Shown here: positions 6,525 to 11,260 of the stretch, piece after piece | Layout: every line of letters starts with the position of its first letter | How positions within the stretch are numbered: position 1 is the stretch's first letter | Origin: Candidatus Heimdallarchaeota archaeon | GTDB taxonomy: Archaea; Asgardarchaeota; Heimdallarchaeia; Heimdallarchaeales; Kariarchaeaceae | Direction of reading: 5' to 3' | DNA length: 11,260 nucleotides | NCBI GenBank assembly: GCA_015523565.1 | Contig: WAKA01000153.1 | Coordinates: forward strand, 1 to 11,260 | Made by a program: the position numbers and the translations under genes | The notes under the pieces: generated by a model | Told to the model about the DNA's origin: nothing | The model's input: only the letters and a program-made list of their open reading frames with translations | The model's database searches: none

Positions 6525-8362
6525 GGACTTTCACCTCCGATTCTCTTACGTACTTTGACTGCCGCACCGTTACTCACTTTTTTCATGGATAATCCAGACA
6601 TTATTGCATTGCCAACTGCAAGTGCTTGCTGACCCTCTTTATCAAAAATTATCACCTCATCTCCTGGCGCAATCGCTTCTGAAACTTCTGAAATCCCAGG
6701 GGCAAAAACTGAAGATCCTGAAATTTTATCCCCCTCAAATCTAACCCATGAGACCGTTTGCTTGTTTGATTCCACTATTGCAGGTGGAAATAGCCTTACC
6801 AATCCCCTATTCTCTGTCCAAGTGAGGTAATGCTCTCCTTTACGCTGTACAGCAATCGGTTTGGGTGAACGTCCATGAAATCTTAAATGATCCATTGGCA
6901 ATTCGAAACCATTTCCATGATTCCAATGAATCTGCGCCAAAATAGTATCAATCCATTCTTGGTGGCGGGTTTTCTCATTGAAAAAATAGTTGTCTTCAAG
7001 TTGAATGCTTTTCAATGTTTCCTCAAGACGCAAAATTGCCTCTTTCGAAGTTGGTTTGGTTCCTATCCATGACACCAATAAGTCAAATTCATTTTCCACC
7101 GCTTCAATCATTCCCCTGTAGCCTTCTGAAACATGAACAATAATTTTTGTCCCTTTTGGGATTTTCAACAACATCTTGCGCAAAATTTCTGCTGTCTCCT
7201 TTACTTCTTCAAGTGACCAATCACCACTGACAGGTATGTCATATGATCTTGCAGGGTGTATTGTTTCTAATTCATAAGGAACAACTCCTAACGGTGAAGT
7301 TAATGACCAAGTCTCAACCAACCGCCTTCTGCTTCCCAACGCCCTTTTGACCGCACCAAAAAACAAACGATGTGATCTTGAAAAAGAGTAGGGTTTTTTA
7401 GCGGAACATGGTACCAACAAAAGTATTGGTTTCTGCTTGGGATATGAATACCTTTCAACCAATCTTTGTTGATATGCTCTAACTTCTGGATGAGCAAGGG
7501 ATTCATCACCCGTGAAATAGATGGGATTTGTATGGTCAAACCTGAATTTTGAATAGGACAATCTTCTTTTGTTTAAGATTTTCACGTAGGTCGCAAAAGC
7601 CGGTGAAACATGCATTTCACGATAGAGCCTTTGCCAAATGATGTTTCTGGATACACTCTCTCTTAGCCCTGAAAAATCTCTCCACGTTTCCTCCAAATTT
7701 TCTTCAAGAATCTCCTGCATTGATTTGACCGATGGCTGTAAAAAATGGTCATGGTATGAGAAATGTTCCAATGCAGAAAGATACGGTGCGGCATCATCTA
7801 TAATGTCAACTCCCAAAGCAATCAACAAGGTGTTAAACCCTATAATTCCTGTTTTGGGGACATATAATGCAATGTTTGAGGGAAGTGTCTCCCGTATCTC
7901 CAAAATTTTGTCAATCAAGGTCTCTGGCTTTATTTTATCCAATCTAGGGAATCTTATCACCATTATTGATGGATTGAGCCCAACCAATTCCTCAAGTTCA
8001 GATATGTCCTGTCTCTCTGGATGAAATGGCAACCCAAAAGCGCCCTTTGGATTTATCTTTTCTAACCTGTCCAAAAACAGTCCATATTCATATTCAAAAG
8101 ATTCCTTGAACTCCGTATCTGGAGTCAATAAGGGCAAGTAAATTGGAATTGTCTCCCCCGAAATTTCCTTAAACTTATCTTCATTTTCAAACTCTTTGAT
8201 TGTTTCATTGTCAACAAATATTGGTTTCAGCTCAATCCCAGAAACAATATATTTTCCCTTCTGTGACTTCAGAAACCAAGGTGTCGGCTCATCTATCCTT
8301 GGCTCCACCAATTTCATTTCGCGGACATAGCCATTTTCCCTTATGATCTGAAATTTGCTCAC
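6521..8362 (-). CDS. arcS: Archaeosine synthase subunit alpha (degenerate TGT-like domain, DUF5591 domain, PUA domain)
   Basis: ALGVDIID (TGT-like), LLVPCSAKKPYSFSRSH, LTSPLGVVPYELE, YDIPVSGDW, and a C-terminal PUA domain (SVFAPGI...IAPGDEV...AVGNAIMSG...GAAVKVR). GTG at 8362 is proposed as the start because VSKFQIIRENGYVR matches the usual FEI..RDG.AR N-terminus. The ORF-track start at 8479 would overlap the divergent gene. Confidence 0.88.
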   Translation of the reverse strand: MSKFQIIRENGYVREMKLVEPRIDEPTPWFLKSQKGKYIVSGIELKPIFVDNETIKEFENEDKFKEISGETIPIYLPLLTPDTEFKESFEYEYGLFLDRLEKINPKGAFGLPFHPERQDISELEELVGLNPSIMVIRFPRLDKIKPETLIDKILEIRETLPSNIALYVPKTGIIGFNTLLIALGVDIIDDAAPYLSALEHFSYHDHFLQPSVKSMQEILEENLEETWRDFSGLRESVSRNIIWQRLYREMHVSPAFATYVKILNKRRLSYSKFRFDHTNPIYFTGDESLAHPEVRAYQQRLVERYSYPKQKPILLLVPCSAKKPYSFSRSHRLFFGAVKRALGSRRRLVETWSLTSPLGVVPYELETIHPARSYDIPVSGDWSLEEVKETAEILRKMLLKIPKGTKIIVHVSEGYRGMIEAVENEFDLLVSWIGTKPTSKEAILRLEETLKSIQLEDNYFFNEKTRHQEWIDTILAQIHWNHGNGFELPMDHLRFHGRSPKPIAVQRKGEHYLTWTENRGLVRLFPPAIVESNKQTVSWVRFEGDKISGSSVFAPGISEVSEAIAPGDEVIIFDKEGQQALAVGNAIMSGLSMKKVSNGAAVKVRKRIGGESP

Positions 8363-8485
8363 TGATACTCTTGTCTTTTCATCAAAATAAACTGTTTTGA
8401 TAGCCCCCACATAACTTCCCGATACAATGTTTTTCCGTAAAATCTGCTTAGAATCAAAAATATTAAACCCTTGAACCAAGAGAAA

Positions 8486-8503
8486 ACGAAAATAGTTAAA
8501 AAA
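8486..8503 (+). promoter_or_regulatory. Candidate BRE-TATA promoter of the gelsolin-domain gene
   Basis: ACGAAAATAG-TTAAAAAA has the same layout as the element upstream of the tRNA (CCGAAAAAGA-TTAATTAA). It lies ~55-60 nt before the ATG at 8558. Confidence 0.4.
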
Positions 8504-8557
8504 GAGAATGTGAAATTCTTATTAGAACTTTCATCCTCGGATGCTGTTGGTGATAAA

Positions 8558-9427
8558 ATGGCAGAATATTTCAAAGTACAGGAAGACGGGACATTACAAC
8601 CCTCATCAGAATTCAAACAAGAAGCTAACCAAGTCTACCTTGTTATTGACCATGACAAACGTCATCTTTTCCTTTGGAAAGGATCAGAAGCAGGAGTTCG
8701 ACTTAAATTTATCGGATCACGGGCAATGAGCGAGAAAAGGCAGGATTTGGGGTTCCATTACCAAATTCATGTCCTTGATCAAGGAGAGGAAACCCCGTTG
8801 TTTTGGGCCGCTATTGAAGGTAAAGATATTCCTGAGGTCATGCCCAAAAAGAAATCATATGAAATTGAACCTGAAGCTCCTCCAAACCTTGAAGAATTGG
8901 CAAGACAGCAAGGAATTTCTGTTGAGGAGGCTACCCGAGAATTTCAACAGCAAATGGAAGAAGTAGGTGATAAATTCGGAAAAATGGGTGGATTGACAAC
9001 CCGACCTAGAAAAACGCTTCTATCTGAAATGTCATCTGCGGCACCCCCAAGTCCACAAAGGGCATCTGTACCTCCTGCCGCATCAACAACTGTTGCAGAA
9101 AAGCCAAGAAAATCTCAATCAAACCTACTCAAAGAAGCTGTTGAACTCCTCAAGGCACTAGGTGACCTTAAAGGGTATACACGTGAAATGGTCGTTGTAG
9201 GGGATCAAGTTTATAGGGTCAAGGACGAAGTAAATCTTGAAGAGTTGGATACACCATTGGAGGGGATTTTCAGGGTTGATGAATTCACTCCGAGACTTAT
9301 TTGTGAATCTGGCAAAGTGAAGGTCATCGAACTCCTCAAACGTACTGGAACTGAAGAAGACATGGATGAAACCCTTACACAGAACCTCTCAGATCTTACA
9401 AGCATGTTCATGATTGAAATTGAATGA
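8558..9427 (+). CDS. Gelsolin/cofilin-fold protein: single N-terminal gelsolin-like domain, charged/Pro-rich linker, uncharacterised C-terminal domain
   Basis: QVYLVID...LFLWKGSEA...long helix...IHVLDQGEETPLFW matches the gelsolin repeat consensus (DxY/FILD..IYxWxG..S/A...V.V.QGxE...F). ATG at 8558 is preceded by GGTGA; 289 aa. Confidence 0.82.
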   Translation: MAEYFKVQEDGTLQPSSEFKQEANQVYLVIDHDKRHLFLWKGSEAGVRLKFIGSRAMSEKRQDLGFHYQIHVLDQGEETPLFWAAIEGKDIPEVMPKKKSYEIEPEAPPNLEELARQQGISVEEATREFQQQMEEVGDKFGKMGGLTTRPRKTLLSEMSSAAPPSPQRASVPPAASTTVAEKPRKSQSNLLKEAVELLKALGDLKGYTREMVVVGDQVYRVKDEVNLEELDTPLEGIFRVDEFTPRLICESGKVKVIELLKRTGTEEDMDETLTQNLSDLTSMFMIEIE

Positions 9428-9456
9428 AAATTTATTAGAGAAGGTCAATCAAACTA

Positions 9457-9476
9457 CCGAAAAAGATTAATTAATC
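9457..9476 (+). promoter_or_regulatory. BRE-TATA promoter of tRNA-Val
   Basis: CCGAAAAAG followed by ATTAATTAAT, centred ~30 nt upstream of the tRNA 5' end. GATTAATTAATC (9465-9476) is a perfect palindrome. Confidence 0.6.
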
Positions 9477-9500
9477 CCTTTCCGTCTTAACTTTGTAAAA

Positions 9501-9573
9501 GGGCTCGTGGTCTAGGGGCTATGACGCCTCCCTCACACGGAGGAGATCGCCGGTTCAATTCCGGCCGAGCCCA
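9501..9573 (+). tRNA. tRNA-Val(CAC), intronless, CCA not encoded
   Basis: Acceptor stem GGGCTCG/CGAGCCC, D arm GTC...GAC, anticodon stem CCTCC/GGAGG with loop CT-CAC-AC (anticodon 9534-9536), T arm GCCGG-TTCAATT-CCGGC, discriminator A at 9573. Confidence 0.97.
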
Positions 9574-9585
9574 TTTTTTATTTTT
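9574..9585 (+). terminator. Oligo-T archaeal terminator of the tRNA
   Basis: TTTTTTATTTTT immediately follows the discriminator base. Confidence 0.6.
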
Positions 9586-10033
9586 CCTGTATCTTTCTCT
9601 TTTGCAATGCCAGAAACATTCGGAGTGTGAATGAAAGTTCAATAATCCAAGCCAAAAAAAAGAAAATTAATGTGGCATCCTTGTTTATTTTCAATAGAAT
9701 TAATGCAAAGAAAATGGTGAATATCAGAAATGCAACTTGGAATACTGCCCTGTTAATTAACTTGCCCTTTACAAGTAGGAAAGAAAAATTTACTGGCACA
9801 TTGAATGAATTCATCTGTTTTGCATAGTCTGTTACCCTATATGTATTGTCCTTTAATTTTTCGAGATATCCTTTTTCTACAAGCTTGTTGAAATGCCAAT
9901 GAACTGTACTCGCACTGTGTATCCCTAGTTCTCTTTGTGTTTCCCTTATGCTTAAGGGCTCATTTTTTCTTTTGGCGTAAAGGAAAAGTTCAAGCGTCAG
10001 TGGATTCTGAAAATTTCCATTGTCCACTTTCAT
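9578..10033 (-). CDS. Membrane-anchored winged helix-turn-helix transcriptional regulator
   Basis: N-terminal wHTH (PLSIRETQRELGIHSASTVHWHFNKLVEKGYLEK...YRVT), followed by two hydrophobic helices (AVFQVAFLIFTIFFALILL; ATLIFFFLAWIIELSFTL) and a basic tail. Confidence 0.8.
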   Translation of the reverse strand: MKVDNGNFQNPLTLELFLYAKRKNEPLSIRETQRELGIHSASTVHWHFNKLVEKGYLEKLKDNTYRVTDYAKQMNSFNVPVNFSFLLVKGKLINRAVFQVAFLIFTIFFALILLKINKDATLIFFFLAWIIELSFTLRMFLALQKRKIQEK

Positions 10034-10842
10034 TCCTCCAATAGAAGTTCAATCAGATTATTGACTGCTTTGGTGTATGTTGGGAAATGAACCTGCTCTG
10101 TTGCAATATAATATTCATCTGGTTGTTCTGATACCCTGTATCTTGTCCCTTCCCTATTGGAAAAATATTCCGTGAAATATGTAACCCTTAAGAAAAACAT
10201 GTCTTGAATAATTGAAATGTAAAGCAGGGTTCCATCTGTAAAGGAAATTTGTATTCTTATTTCTGTGTTGTTCAAATGGATTTGATTCCTTTTCATTGTT
10301 TCAAAATAAGACTCATTGACGAAATGAAGGTCTTGCATTAAAGATATGTCTTGAGTCAACGCCTCTGAAATATTCTCAAGGTTCATATTTTGCATTTGCA
10401 ATTCCAAATCCCTCCATCCAAAAACAGAAGAATTGTATATTATTCTTCCAAGCCATGTGTTTGAGTTCATGTCCTTCCATATTCTGACGGAATATGTCTG
10501 ATGTGCATAAATTGGAATTCCAACCCCTGCATAACCAAATACAGGTTCTTCACATGGACTGGGTGAGCACGTCGCCTCTATATTTGTAGATTCCCCAAGA
10601 ACTGCATCAATCCTAATTCCTTCCGTAGAAAAGGCTATGATCTCATGATCATTGCTGGCAAACCCTTGTGCCATTGTAAGTCCTGAATTGAAATTCCAGA
10701 CATAATTTGAGGATACTGGAACCATCTTTACAGATTGCTCGTCATTCCTGAATTGCCTCTCAATTGAAAGGGATGCAAATGCAAGCAAAAACACAAGTAT
10801 AAATGCTTGGACAACTTGTTTTGAGTAAGGAAAAACTTTCAT
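10030..10842 (-). CDS. Hypothetical exported or membrane-anchored protein
   Basis: 270-aa ORF with an N-terminal signal/TM segment (VVQAFILVFLLAFASLSI) and a beta-rich soluble region containing a CSPSPC pair. Its stop overlaps the wHTH start (ATGA). No family recognised. Confidence 0.75.
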   Translation of the reverse strand: MKVFPYSKQVVQAFILVFLLAFASLSIERQFRNDEQSVKMVPVSSNYVWNFNSGLTMAQGFASNDHEIIAFSTEGIRIDAVLGESTNIEATCSPSPCEEPVFGYAGVGIPIYAHQTYSVRIWKDMNSNTWLGRIIYNSSVFGWRDLELQMQNMNLENISEALTQDISLMQDLHFVNESYFETMKRNQIHLNNTEIRIQISFTDGTLLYISIIQDMFFLRVTYFTEYFSNREGTRYRVSEQPDEYYIATEQVHFPTYTKAVNNLIELLLEE

Positions 10843-10865
10843 ACATTAGCTGTGACCAATGTAAT

Positions 10866-10907
10866 TAAAATATATATTGCGTGTACAATCCTGTCCAGGC
10901 TCTGGAC
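10866..10907 (-). promoter_or_regulatory. Candidate TATA box (TATATATTTT on the minus strand) with an upstream palindrome GTCCAG-GCT-CTGGAC (10893-10907)
   Basis: The AT box lies ~25-35 nt upstream of the ATG at 10842, consistent with a leaderless transcript. A GC-rich perfect 6-bp inverted repeat sits just upstream of it. Confidence 0.4.
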
Positions 10908-10919
10908 GCTAAAAAAATT

Positions 10920-11260
10920 TTATTCCATTTTGCATTTTCCGAATCTTCCTTGTTCTATATAATATCTATCTGGCAGGATGTTTATAGTTTGAATATCAGT
11001 TCATATCTCTTGTCAATATTCTTTTCAATCAGCTTTGGGATTGTGCTGAAATGAATTCGATCGCCCTTTGCTTTTTTCTTTGGTAACTTCGTTTCTACTA
11101 CATATCAATCTCAGTATCAAATGTTTTTGAAATCAATTTTAAATAAGATATGACTTCTTCTGGATCCAACTGGCTTCTTGGTTTTTCATTCGTTATCCCC
11201 ATCTTTTTTATTACCTTTGTTGCATGCAATGCCCTAATTATCTGTTGATGGGAAAAAAGC
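10920..11260 (-). pseudogene. Possible frameshifted 3' remnant of a gene
   Basis: Protein-like fragments follow one another in different minus-strand frames (LFSHQQIIRALHATKVIKKMG / ITNEKPRSQLDPEEVISYLKLISKTFDTEID / YVVETKLPKKKAKGDRIHFSTIPKLIEKNIDKRYELIF / INILPDRYYIEQGRFGK), with coding-like purine richness. No homolog recognised. Confidence 0.3.

Noticed and set aside
8363-8557. Apparent head-to-head overlap of arcS (TTG at 8479) and the gelsolin ORF (TTG at 8471)
   Set aside because: Artefact of longest-ORF calling. Better starts (GTG 8362; ATG 8558 with GGTGA) leave a normal ~195-nt divergent promoter region.
9571-9573. Apparent encoded CCA end of the tRNA
   Set aside because: The two Cs belong to the acceptor stem and the A is the discriminator base, so CCA must be added post-transcriptionally.
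2-9827. Numerous short antisense or alternate-frame ORFs (e.g. 2-265, 289-579, 1375-1653, 2791-3239, 3699-4055, 4255-4774, 5485-6558, 7638-8024, 8359-8966, 9211-9411, 9627-9827)
   Set aside because: They lie within or largely overlap well-supported genes and have no motifs or RBS; they are shadow ORFs.

Overview
An 11.3-kb archaeal chromosomal segment, most likely from an Asgard archaeon. This is an inference: archaeal-type HMG-CoA synthase, ArcS/RaSEA, GGTGA ribosome-binding sites and a CCA-less tRNA occur together with a gelsolin/cofilin-fold protein and a longin/roadblock-like protein. Gene order: 5'-truncated longin+roadblock-like protein (+); psd-pssA head-group operon (-), divergent from an HMG-CoA synthase/thiolase-like/DUF35 operon (+); arcS-raSEA archaeosine operon (-), divergent from a gelsolin-domain protein (+); tRNA-Val(CAC) (+); then a two-gene unit (-) encoding a membrane-anchored exported protein and a membrane-tethered winged-helix regulator, followed by a possible gene remnant. 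The strongest anomaly is the thiolase in an otherwise intact HMGCS-thiolase-DUF35 cluster. It has lost all three expected catalytic residues (CxS Cys->Gly, HDCF Cys->Ile, GHP His->Ala) while staying full-length and well conserved, which suggests a pseudo-enzyme or repurposed subunit. All assignments come from motif recognition by eye; no searches were run.
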